From: a bacterium
Lineage (GTDB): Bacteria > RBG-13-61-14 > DATKZS01
NCBI GenBank assembly: GCA_963674965.2
Contig: CAXXFL010000004.1
Coordinates: forward strand, 96,001 to 160,000
Reading direction: 5' to 3'
Length of the DNA stretch: 64,000 nt
A program made the translations under genes and the position numbers. The stretch's first letter is position 1; the number at the start of each line of letters is the position of its first letter. Under the pieces are notes generated by a model that was not told where the DNA came from, ran no database searches, and saw only the letters and a program-made list of their open reading frames with translations. This document shows, in pieces, positions 17,927 to 27,081 of the stretch.

Positions 17927-18787
17927 TCAATTGTTTCCCTGCTCCCACTTGTTGAGTTGATGGAGGAACAGTTCCTTGCTCCACAAGTCGAGGGATGGCT
18001 GTTCGCCGGCTCGGATGAAACGGCGGACATCCTCGACCGCTTGCTTCCAATCAATGGATGCGATTTTTTTTGCAAGTTCGTTTACGACCCATTTCTTGTC
18101 CGCAACGATGCCCTGCTCTTGCCATGGGCCGAGCTGGTTGACGGCGGAAGTCAGGAACTCCTCATTGATGCCGATCCCCTGGCTAGTGTACCAGATGAAA
18201 TCGTACCAATCGCGGCCTTTTACATACTCGCGACAAAGCAGCGCATGTACTTTTCCGGCGAACAAGCTGGGCTTATCCTGCACCGCCACGGCAGACACAA
18301 AAGGGAAGTCCAGATACTGCAACTCTTCGCCGCTTCCCGCCGGAGGATTGGTGTCCACTTCCAGCTTAATTCGAATCTTCGCGAGCGGTCCTGTCCGATC
18401 CGCATGACGGAGGTCAATCAACTTGCCCAGCGAATTGTCTTTTAGAAAGGCCTTCCTGACCGTTGTATCGGCGCTGCCGCGATCGGTGATTTCGATTTGG
18501 TAACCATAAGCCGCCAACTCATCCGTCAGATGTTGCAGGTGGCCCTTCAACTGAAAATCCGGGTTGGGCCGACGCAGGATAAAATCCATGTCTTCGGAGA
18601 AGCGGTTCAGTCCACAAAAGATTCGCAGGCAGGTACCGCCTTGAAACAAGGCATGCTTGAAAAAGTCGCCCCGTCCCAGCGCCGCCAACACGACCTCTTG
18701 TGTGATTTCGCGGATTGCCTGTTGTTCCTCGATTTCCGTCTGACAGTTATAGGAACTCAGACGTTGTTGAATCATCTGCACACTCAT
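17927..18787 (-). CDS. abiEii: AbiEii nucleotidyltransferase toxin (type IV toxin-antitoxin / abortive infection)
   Basis: FQGGTCLRI..GLNRFSEDMDF, KLEVD, KVHALL and KGRDWYD; ATGA overlap with the antitoxin gene. Confidence 0.9.
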   Translation of the reverse strand: MSVQMIQQRLSSYNCQTEIEEQQAIREITQEVVLAALGRGDFFKHALFQGGTCLRIFCGLNRFSEDMDFILRRPNPDFQLKGHLQHLTDELAAYGYQIEITDRGSADTTVRKAFLKDNSLGKLIDLRHADRTGPLAKIRIKLEVDTNPPAGSGEELQYLDFPFVSAVAVQDKPSLFAGKVHALLCREYVKGRDWYDFIWYTSQGIGINEEFLTSAVNQLGPWQEQGIVADKKWVVNELAKKIASIDWKQAVEDVRRFIRAGEQPSLDLWSKELFLHQLNKWEQGNN

Positions 18788-19419
18788 AATGGTAAAACCT
18801 CCTTCCATGATGACAAGAAGCGCTTCACCCGTCCATTGCTGTAATTGTCTGCCAGAATGTCTAGTTGCTCCGGCTCGGCGGCAGCCAGATGCTCCGGTTC
18901 AATACGCAGACTCATAGATGCCTCGTCCACACCAGTCCAGTTCAGTCGGTGGACATAGACATAATCAGCTAACGCCTTGACGGGAGAGGCCATGAAGAAA
19001 ACGTTCCCATATGGGTCAACACATCGCTCGACGCCTGCGTAAAAGGTTTGTTGTGGAACGCGCTTGTAGCTGAAAATCCCCAGCGGTGTGTTAAACTCTT
19101 TGGCGTTCCCGAAGCCGGCACAGGTATAGGCATAAACCGCCTCTGGAATCCAGCCATGATAACTCAGCGCCATTTCCAAACTGATGTAACTCGGCCCGTA
19201 AACCCGTTGGGAAAGCGCATAGGCGCTAACGGGATTTTTCTGATACCGGGGAGCCAGACAATACAACCCGCGGCGGATGCTCAGGATTTCTCCGCTCGCC
19301 ACTGCTCGTTTAACCAGTCCATGACGGCTGAACTCTGATCCGGCTACTGCTACCGACACTTCAGCTTGTGTAAAAACGCCTGTAGGAGTATGGAAGAATC
19401 GCTCTGTAAGCCTGTTCAT
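18784..19419 (-). CDS. abiEi: AbiEi family antitoxin / transcriptional regulator
   Basis: IRRGLY, PSYISLEMALSYHGWIPE and ASPVKALAD; directly upstream of abiEii. Confidence 0.85.
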   Translation of the reverse strand: MNRLTERFFHTPTGVFTQAEVSVAVAGSEFSRHGLVKRAVASGEILSIRRGLYCLAPRYQKNPVSAYALSQRVYGPSYISLEMALSYHGWIPEAVYAYTCAGFGNAKEFNTPLGIFSYKRVPQQTFYAGVERCVDPYGNVFFMASPVKALADYVYVHRLNWTGVDEASMSLRIEPEHLAAAEPEQLDILADNYSNGRVKRFLSSWKEVLPL

Positions 19420-19437
19420 TCTTGCCGGTCCTTTCTA

Positions 19438-19532
19438 GAAATAGTCACATCTTGACTACTTCCCTTAAATTGTAAGCTTTTTCGGCAAGAAGTCAATAGC
19501 TTTTTGAAATACTGTCATATTTTGACTATTTC
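19438..19532. promoter_or_regulatory. Two related inverted repeats upstream of abiEi (candidate autoregulatory operators)
   Basis: 19438-19462 GAAATAGTCA-N5-TGACTACTTC; 19506-19532 GAAATACTGTCA-N5-TGACTATTTC. Confidence 0.65.
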
Positions 19533-19594
19533 TGTTAAATGTTGTTCGGTAGGTAGAAAGGCTGTGCCCAGCTAATACTTGAAAAACTTATGGT

Positions 19595-20630
19595 TCATCC
19601 AGGTAGGATAAAAGCGATCTCTTCCGTTGGTTGTATTCCAGATGCGTTTCCTCCACCATTTAACCCCCTAGAAGCTAAAGGAATTTCAACTTCCTCCGTT
19701 TCGCTATTGTCTTCCTCTTGCCCTCGTGTCAGAAAATCTTGGGAAGATTGCCCCACAATCTCGGAAAGGCGGGCATGGCTTGTCCGGGCATAGGTTTGGA
19801 GAGTAAGGCGGGGATCACTGTGACGGGCCAGGGTCATTGCTTCCTTGATTGTTACGTTCGGATTCTCGCAAACTTGACTGATGAATGTAACCCGTAAGGC
19901 GTGATAGTCCAATTTGCCCTCGCCGGGTTTGAACTTGGGAATCTTCGCCGCTTCAATGTCCACGTTTATATCGCGGCCTGTGTGAGAACTTACGTACAAG
20001 AGCGGATCACTCGGCACGTCACGGCGCTTTCTATCCTTACGAGACCCAAACCGTTTATAAATTTTCAGGGCCTCTCCCGTCTCCGCATAGGCCGCCAAGC
20101 GTTCGGCCAGGTCTCGGGGGATCGGGTGGACACAGGGCTTGCGGCTCTTTGTGGTCTCGGGTCGAAGCATTAGGACGGACTTTGCGACGTTAAGGTCCGA
20201 GACCCGGAGCATGCGAATCTCACGCGCCCTAAGACCGGTTCTCACGGCCACCTCATACATCAAACGCCGGTGCTCGGGCGCGGCCTCTAGGAGAGCGCTT
20301 AGCTCTTTCTGTGTAATCCGCCGCCGCTCTGATCCGGCCTTCGGGGCCGCGCTATACTTGGACAAGCTCAAGCGCCGGAGCGGGTCCGTGTCAAGATATC
20401 CTTTGCCGATGTTCCATGCAATGAAAGCCTTGAGCGCCGAGGCATAGGAGCGCAAAGTCTTGCTTGCCCTTTTCATGGCCTGTAATTCAGACAGGGCGTG
20501 CTAGGCTTGAGCGGTCAAATCCCCCTCAAGGTCTCCCATGGTTTCAAAATTAAGGCGCTCGGTCCACCACTTCAGATAAATCTCTTGAGTGTGAGCGTGC
20601 CAGTATGACCAGCCGTAACCATTGCGCCCG
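19595..20630 (-). pseudogene. Tyrosine recombinase/integrase with degraded 5' end (in-frame TAG at 20501-20503)
   Basis: RTGLRARE, TTKSRK, YHALR, ARHSD and QTYAR catalytic set in 19595..20476; the frame continues upstream past the TAG as ..HAHTQEIYLKWWTERL..; 5' boundary approximate. Confidence 0.75.
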
Positions 20631-20999
20631 CTTCCAGGATTCGAGCCGTGATTAAAATATTCTTTAATACCCGACCCGCGACTTTATATTTTCCAAGCAT
20701 AATCGCGGGAGAGCGGCAATCCCCATTCTTGGTACCACTCGTCCTGCTCGCTATGCTCGCCCACATAGCAAAAGCTATTGATGGGTTACCCGTTACGGCG
20801 TCTTAAATTGCGAAAAATATTACCATTGGAGACATATACGATACAATAATTTATTTCTCCCTTATTGATCATATGCCCATGTATATCCAGCGTCGCGGGT
20901 TGGCCCGTGAATTCTGGAAAATACATGGGCGGCCCGGCGGATTGAACCGGGGCGGCGGCTGGATTAAGATATAGTCCACTAAATCAATCTGGAGCCGTC

Positions 21000-22094
21000 A
21001 TGGAAAAGCGTTCTTTGTTCGAGAGATTTCCCCAGTTGGAGGGAAAAATACCGTGGGTCGGTCTGGGCACGTTGCCCACGCCGGTGGAGAAGATGGAGAA
21101 GCTGGGCGCCAAGCTCGGCCATCCCGGCCTGTGGGTGAAGCGTGACGACTTGAGCTCGGACAAGATGGGCGGCAACAAGGTCCGGGTCATGGAGTTCCTC
21201 CTGGCCAAGCTCAAGGCCGAGGGCAGGGAGGTGGCCATCTCGCCCGGCGCGCTGGGCTCGAACCAGATCATGGCCTCCGCCATCTACGGTAACCAGCTCG
21301 GGATCAAGATAATCGGCGTCTTCTTCAAGCAGTGCGACACGGACTACATGTGCAGACACATGCTTATCGACCAGTGCATGGGGGTCGAGTTCAACCACGT
21401 CGAGAACCCCTATTTCACTCCCTTCGCCATTATCTGGCATTACCTTCGCAATATCGACTTCAAAAGGATGAAGCTGCCCGGATACGTGCCCACCTTCGGC
21501 TCCTCCGCCTACTGCGCCCTGGGCTACGTGGACGCCATGTACGAGTTGAAAAAGCAGATCGAGGCGGGTGAGGTCCCCGAGCCGGACTACATCTTCGTCA
21601 CCGCCGGCACGGGCGGCACCATGTCGGGCATCGAGTTGGGGGCGCGGCTGAACGGCCTGAAAACCAAGGTGGTGGGCGTCCGCATAACCGACTGGATCGC
21701 CTGCAACGAAAGCCTGGTCGCCAATATCGTCAACCGGACCATCGGCCTTTTAAAGAAGTCGGGGGCTGATATCCCTTCCCTCAAATACTCGGGCAAGGAC
21801 ATTACCATGATCCACGAATTCTTCGGGGGCGAATACGCCAAGATAACCGACGAGGGAGTCCAGGCCAAAAACCTGGCCGCCGAGGTGGAGGGACTGACTC
21901 TGGATACGACCTATACGGCCAAGACCATGGCCGCCATGATAAAGTATTTGAAGGAAAACGACCTTAAGGATAAAAACGTTTTGTTCTGGCATACTTACAA
22001 CACACGGGACCTTACTCCCTTCCTGGACGGCAAGGCCTGCCCCGAGGGGCTTCCCAAACCCTTCCACGGATACTTCGAGGAGATTGGTGGATAA
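21000..22094 (+). CDS. PLP-dependent D-cysteine desulfhydrase / ACC deaminase family enzyme
   Basis: PTPVE, WVKRDD, GGNKVR, GTGGT and LDTTYTAK. Confidence 0.85.
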   Translation: MEKRSLFERFPQLEGKIPWVGLGTLPTPVEKMEKLGAKLGHPGLWVKRDDLSSDKMGGNKVRVMEFLLAKLKAEGREVAISPGALGSNQIMASAIYGNQLGIKIIGVFFKQCDTDYMCRHMLIDQCMGVEFNHVENPYFTPFAIIWHYLRNIDFKRMKLPGYVPTFGSSAYCALGYVDAMYELKKQIEAGEVPEPDYIFVTAGTGGTMSGIELGARLNGLKTKVVGVRITDWIACNESLVANIVNRTIGLLKKSGADIPSLKYSGKDITMIHEFFGGEYAKITDEGVQAKNLAAEVEGLTLDTTYTAKTMAAMIKYLKENDLKDKNVLFWHTYNTRDLTPFLDGKACPEGLPKPFHGYFEEIGG

Positions 22095-22291
22095 TACGGC
22101 AGGACCCGCCAAAATTTATCTGGCAATTTGCGATAATTACTTTATAATATATGGACAGGTCCATTCGGGGACATTCTCCCCGCCGGGCTAAGGCCTTAAA
22201 CGTTAATGCTCTGATAAACTTATTCATTCTTCTCTCCAAGCATCGTAACGGCTGATTATCTTATTCAAAAGACAATTTGAAAGGAGTCAAT

Positions 22292-24361
22292 ATGCGTCAA
22301 TTCTATCGCGAAAGACGGCGCGCTCTGGAGACGTTGGTTTTCGGGATCTTCATCGTGCTTGCCTGTTCACCGGCCCTGGGCCAGGGGACGACGGACGAGT
22401 TCGACGACTTCAGCGAGATCACCCTGGAGGAACTTCTGAACCAGAAGGTAGAGTCGGCCTCGAAGCACGAGCAGAACCTTCGGGAGTCGGCCAACGCCAT
22501 CACGGTGATAACGGCGGAGGATATAAAGCGGTCGGGGGCCAGGTCGGTTCCCGAGGCGCTCAAGATGGTCCCGGGCGTTTTCGTGGCCCAGGTCCACGGC
22601 AACAAGTGGATCGTCACCATGGGCGGATTTGTCAACGACGTATATCCAAACAAGCTCCTTGTCCTGGTTGACGGCGTGACCATTTACGATCCCATCGTGG
22701 CGGGCGTGAGATGGGAAAGCCTTACCTTCTCGATCGACGAGGTCGAGAAGATCGAGGTCATCAGGGGACCGGGAGGGGTGCTGTACGGCGCCAACGCGGT
22801 TGACGGCGTGATCAACATCTACACCAAGTCGGCGGGCAAAAACTCGGGCAGCTACGTGAACGTCAAGGGCGGGACCCAGGATTACCGCTCGGCCAACGCG
22901 GCGGCTACCCTTTCGTCGGACGAGGCCCTCCTGCGCTCGCGGCTGGCGGTGAGCTATACCGAGGACGAGGGACTTGGCATGAACCGGGGCCAGGAATACG
23001 ACGACGGCAAGGAGTATTATTCCGCGTCCCTTCGCAACGAGGTCAAGCTGGGCGGCGACGCGACCTTCCACCTTGACGGCCGCTTCGCCTCGGGCGTGCT
23101 CGACTACCCGGCCGAGGCATCCACGCCGGGTACCTACGACAACGAGATCACCGTCTTCCGGACGAGGCTCGAGCAGTTCTTCGACAACGGCCACCAGTAT
23201 TATATCCAGGCCTACTATCGCAGGCACTATATCCAGCAACAGGTCGCCGCCAACGACCTGGAGGAATACCTGGAAAACGCCACCACCGACGTCGAGTTCC
23301 ATCATTCCTTTCCCTTCGAGGCCATGGGCGATCACCGGTTTACCTGGGGCGGCGGATACAGGTGGGTCACGGTCAAGATGGAACTACTCGAGGACGGGGA
23401 ACGGGACAATACCATCGCCTCCGCCTTTATCAACGACGAATGGAGGCCGGTCGATAAAATCATAGTAAACGCCGGACTCAAGTACGAGCAAAACGGTTTC
23501 CTCGAGGACCCCACCTGGCACTGGAGAGGGGCCCTGATTTACATGCCCACCCCCGAGCACGGCTTCCGCGTAAGCGCGGCCAACGCCTACCGGTCGCCCA
23601 ACGCCTCGGACCTCTTCTTTAACGGAAGCTTCCCGATTCCGCCGGAAGCCGCCGCCCTGTTCCCGCCCGGGACCGAGCCCCCTCTTTTTACCATGGAAGG
23701 AAACGAGGACCTGGAGCCGGAAAAGATACTCTCCTACGAGGTCGGCTACCGCGGGGTCTGGTTCGAGCGGATCAACGTGGACGCCTCTTACGCCTACCGG
23801 GAGTATTCCGACCTCATATCCACCAGGATCACGGACCCGGGCTTCTACGTCATCATCCCGCCGTCCACCTCGGTCGGCCCCTTCGACTCGGTATATTCCT
23901 ATAACAACGAGGGCGAAGCCACCAGCCAGACGGCGGAGTTGGGCGTGGACGCCAGGATATCCAGGGAACTTCGGCTGTTGCTGAATTACGGATACAAGCG
24001 CCTCGACGTGGACAAAGAAAACGGGGCCAAAGAGATAGAAGAATACTCCCCCGAGAACTTCGGCAGGATCGGGCTGTCCTATACCCACGCGGCCGGTTTC
24101 ATGGCCGACGTCTCGGGTTCCTATTTCGACGAGTTCACCGTCCTTCAGAACGGCGTCACCCCTCACCTTATCGAGGACTACTGGAGGATCGACGCCAGAT
24201 TGGCCCAGAAAGTCAAGGTGGCCGGCGGCGAGATCGAGGTCGGGCTGGTGGGAGAAAACCTCGGCGAGGAATGGCATGAAGAGTACATGAGCACCATTGG
24301 CGGATACCCCTATCCGATCAGGACCTCCTATTACGGATACCTCGAGTACAGGGAGCAATAA
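22292..24361 (+). CDS. TonB-dependent outer-membrane receptor, copy 1
   Basis: Signal peptide; plug motifs ITAEDI..SGA and VEKIEVIRGPGGVLYGANAVDGVINIYTK; AGGAG RBS before ATG 22292. Confidence 0.9.
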   Translation: MRQFYRERRRALETLVFGIFIVLACSPALGQGTTDEFDDFSEITLEELLNQKVESASKHEQNLRESANAITVITAEDIKRSGARSVPEALKMVPGVFVAQVHGNKWIVTMGGFVNDVYPNKLLVLVDGVTIYDPIVAGVRWESLTFSIDEVEKIEVIRGPGGVLYGANAVDGVINIYTKSAGKNSGSYVNVKGGTQDYRSANAAATLSSDEALLRSRLAVSYTEDEGLGMNRGQEYDDGKEYYSASLRNEVKLGGDATFHLDGRFASGVLDYPAEASTPGTYDNEITVFRTRLEQFFDNGHQYYIQAYYRRHYIQQQVAANDLEEYLENATTDVEFHHSFPFEAMGDHRFTWGGGYRWVTVKMELLEDGERDNTIASAFINDEWRPVDKIIVNAGLKYEQNGFLEDPTWHWRGALIYMPTPEHGFRVSAANAYRSPNASDLFFNGSFPIPPEAAALFPPGTEPPLFTMEGNEDLEPEKILSYEVGYRGVWFERINVDASYAYREYSDLISTRITDPGFYVIIPPSTSVGPFDSVYSYNNEGEATSQTAELGVDARISRELRLLLNYGYKRLDVDKENGAKEIEEYSPENFGRIGLSYTHAAGFMADVSGSYFDEFTVLQNGVTPHLIEDYWRIDARLAQKVKVAGGEIEVGLVGENLGEEWHEEYMSTIGGYPYPIRTSYYGYLEYREQ

Positions 24362-24383
24362 ATAAGACAATAGAAATACTGGT

Positions 24384-24425
24384 AAAAACGGCGCCGGGCA
24401 TGACGGGCTCGGCGCCGTTTTTTTT
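24384..24425 (+). terminator. Rho-independent terminator
   Basis: AACGGCGCCGGGC...GCTCGGCGCCGTT followed by a T-run. Confidence 0.8.
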
Positions 24426-24690
24426 CTTCTCCAAACGTCCAAAGGAGATATCCGCCAGTTTAATAATAATCTAACTCGGTTTCTATTGACGCGAAAAGCT
24501 TCAAAATTTATCACTTTTTTATTGCGCTTTTTCAGATTACGTCTATATTCATTTTCAGGCGCTCTCAAGAGAGCTGATTTTACCTCTGGATGATGCCCGA
24601 ATCGCGAACGCTTTCCATAATGTCTTCTTAATGGATAAACGTCTATAAAAGTCAATAAGGGCACTGATTTTTTTCAAGAAAGGAGAAAGA

Positions 24691-26766
24691 ATGCGTAGGA
24701 TCTATCGGAACGGCACGCGGGCAATGGAGTATCTCGTTTTCGGTTTTCTTTTGGTCCTGTCCAGTTCACCGGCTATCGGCCGGGGTGAGGCCGATCAATT
24801 CGAGGACTTCAGCGAGATAACGCTGGAGGAGCTTCTAAACCGGAAAGTCGAGTCGGCCTCGAAGCACGAGCAAAACCTTTTCGAGTCGGCCAACGCCATC
24901 ACGGTGATAACGGCCGAGGACATCCGGCGGTCGGGGGCGACCTGTATTCCCGAGGCCCTGCGCATGGTCCCGGGCGTGTACGTGGCTCAGGTCAGCGGCA
25001 ACCAGTGGCTGGTGACCGTTGGCGGCTTCGTGCAGGACGCCTATCCCAACAAGCTTTTAGTGCTGGTTGACGGCGTGTCCGCCTATTCGCCCGTTTCCGG
25101 GGGGGTCAGATGGGAGGACATAAGCTTTTCCATCGAGGAGGTCGAGAAGATCGAGGTCATAAGGGGACCGGGAGGAGTGCTTTACGGCGCCAACGCGGTT
25201 GACGGCGTGATCAACATCTATACCAAGTCCCCCGGCAACACCTCCGGAGGCTACGTCAACGTCAAGGGCGGGACCCAGGATTACCGCTCGGCCAGCGCCG
25301 CCACGACCCTGGCCACGGACGACGACCTGCTCCGCACCAGGCTGGCGGTCAATTACCAGGAGCACCAGGGGCTGGGCATGAACCGGGGCCAGGAATACGA
25401 GGACGCCAACGCGGTGAACGCGGCCTCGGTTAGAAACCAGATCAAGCTGGAGGAGGGGGCCCTTCTGCACGTGAACGCGAATTTCAACTCCGGAGTCAAC
25501 GAGTACCCCTCGGAGACCTTTATTCCGGGGACCTACTATCATGAAGCTACAAATTTCACCACCAAGATCGAGCAATATTTCGACAACGGTCACCAGTACT
25601 ATCTGCAGGGAAGCTACTCGAGGTGCTATATCCAGGGCCTGTCCGAGGACGACGGATGGAAAGACTATTATGACACCATAAGCTACGATCTCGAGTTCCA
25701 GCATTCCTTTCCCTTTGACGCCCTCGGCTCTCACCGGTTCACCTGGGGCGGAGGACACGTATGGTCCCTGGCCAAGATAGATATGATCAAGGACGGAGAG
25801 CAGGACTTTACCGTTGCCTCGGCCTTTATCAACGACGAGTGGAAACCGGCCGATCAAGTATTAATCAACGCGGGACTCAAGTATGAGCGCAACAGCTTCC
25901 TTGACGACCCCACCCTGCACTGGAGAGGGGCCCTGCTTTATTTCCCCACGCCGGAACACGGCTTCAGGGTCAGCGTGGCCAACGCCTACAGGTCGCCCAG
26001 CGCCACCGACCTCTTCGCCGAGCGGTATGTGCCCTTGCCTCCCGAGGCGGCGGCCCTCTTCCCGCCGGGCACGGCGCCGAACATGGCCTCCTTGTTTGGG
26101 GACGAGGACCTGGACCCGGAGGAACTCATTTCCTACGAGGTCGGCTACCGCGGCGTCTGGTTCGAGAGGGTCAACGTGGACGCGTCCTACGCCTACCGGG
26201 AATACGACAACCTTATCGCCACCGTGATTTCCGACCCCGGCTTCTACGTCACCATCCCCCCCTCCACCCAGGTAGGGCCCTTCGACACCCAGTACCAGTA
26301 CTCGAACGATGGGAAGGCCACCAGCCAGACCATGGAACTGGGAATTGACGCCAGGATTACCAGGGAACTCCGGTTGCTGCTCAATTACGGATACGTGCAT
26401 CTCGACGTCGACGACTTCGAAAACGACGACGGAATTGAAAAATACTCCGCCGAGAACTTTGGAAGGATCGGACTTTCCTATACTCACGCCCGGGGCTTCA
26501 TGGCCGACGTCTCCGGGTGGTACTCCGACGAGGTCGAAGTTTATCGAAGGGGCCCCAATCCCATGCCCTACCTGTTTGACGACTATTGGAGAATCGACGC
26601 CAGGCTGGCCCAGAAAATCCAGTTGTCCGGCGGCGAGATAGAGTTCGGCGTGGTGGGTATGAACCTTGGCCAGGAATGGCACGAGGAGTACATGAGTTCG
26701 TTGGGGGAATACCCCTATCCGATAAGGACCTCCTACTACGGCTACCTCGAGTACAGGGAGGACTAG
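24691..26766 (+). CDS. TonB-dependent outer-membrane receptor, copy 2
   Basis: Colinear paralog of copy 1 with the same plug and C-terminal motifs. Confidence 0.9.
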   Translation: MRRIYRNGTRAMEYLVFGFLLVLSSSPAIGRGEADQFEDFSEITLEELLNRKVESASKHEQNLFESANAITVITAEDIRRSGATCIPEALRMVPGVYVAQVSGNQWLVTVGGFVQDAYPNKLLVLVDGVSAYSPVSGGVRWEDISFSIEEVEKIEVIRGPGGVLYGANAVDGVINIYTKSPGNTSGGYVNVKGGTQDYRSASAATTLATDDDLLRTRLAVNYQEHQGLGMNRGQEYEDANAVNAASVRNQIKLEEGALLHVNANFNSGVNEYPSETFIPGTYYHEATNFTTKIEQYFDNGHQYYLQGSYSRCYIQGLSEDDGWKDYYDTISYDLEFQHSFPFDALGSHRFTWGGGHVWSLAKIDMIKDGEQDFTVASAFINDEWKPADQVLINAGLKYERNSFLDDPTLHWRGALLYFPTPEHGFRVSVANAYRSPSATDLFAERYVPLPPEAAALFPPGTAPNMASLFGDEDLDPEELISYEVGYRGVWFERVNVDASYAYREYDNLIATVISDPGFYVTIPPSTQVGPFDTQYQYSNDGKATSQTMELGIDARITRELRLLLNYGYVHLDVDDFENDDGIEKYSAENFGRIGLSYTHARGFMADVSGWYSDEVEVYRRGPNPMPYLFDDYWRIDARLAQKIQLSGGEIEFGVVGMNLGQEWHEEYMSSLGEYPYPIRTSYYGYLEYRED

Positions 26767-26795
26767 AGCGTAACGCGCCAAAAACGTCAATAAAT

Positions 26796-26840
26796 ACGGC
26801 GGCGTCGGAGACGTTTTGCTCCGGCGCCGCCGTTAATTTT
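26796..26840 (+). terminator. Rho-independent terminator
   Basis: ACGGCGGCGTCGGAG...CTCCGGCGCCGCCGT followed by TAATTTT. Confidence 0.7.
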
Positions 26841-27081
26841 ATCCGAGCATGAAAAGGCCGGCCCCGGCCATATCCAGAATAAATAACTCCAAAATTATTC
26901 CGCTTAATATGGCGGATTTGCAAATTCCATCTATACTAATCAATCAGGTGATCTCGGGTCGGCCGATAACGCCTCGAGACAATGCCCTGGCGGCGAACGC
27001 TTTTTTGCGGCGACCTTATTCCGATCAAGCGTCCATACAAACCGGCAAGGGCACTATTCTTTTTTCGCGAAAGGAGCAAAC

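Noticed and set aside
20501-20503. In-frame TAG as pyrrolysine
   Set aside because: It lies in a decaying integrase with no pyl context; a nonsense mutation is simpler
20630-21000. tRNA or att site next to the integrase
   Set aside because: No cloverleaf or direct repeat recognisable by eye
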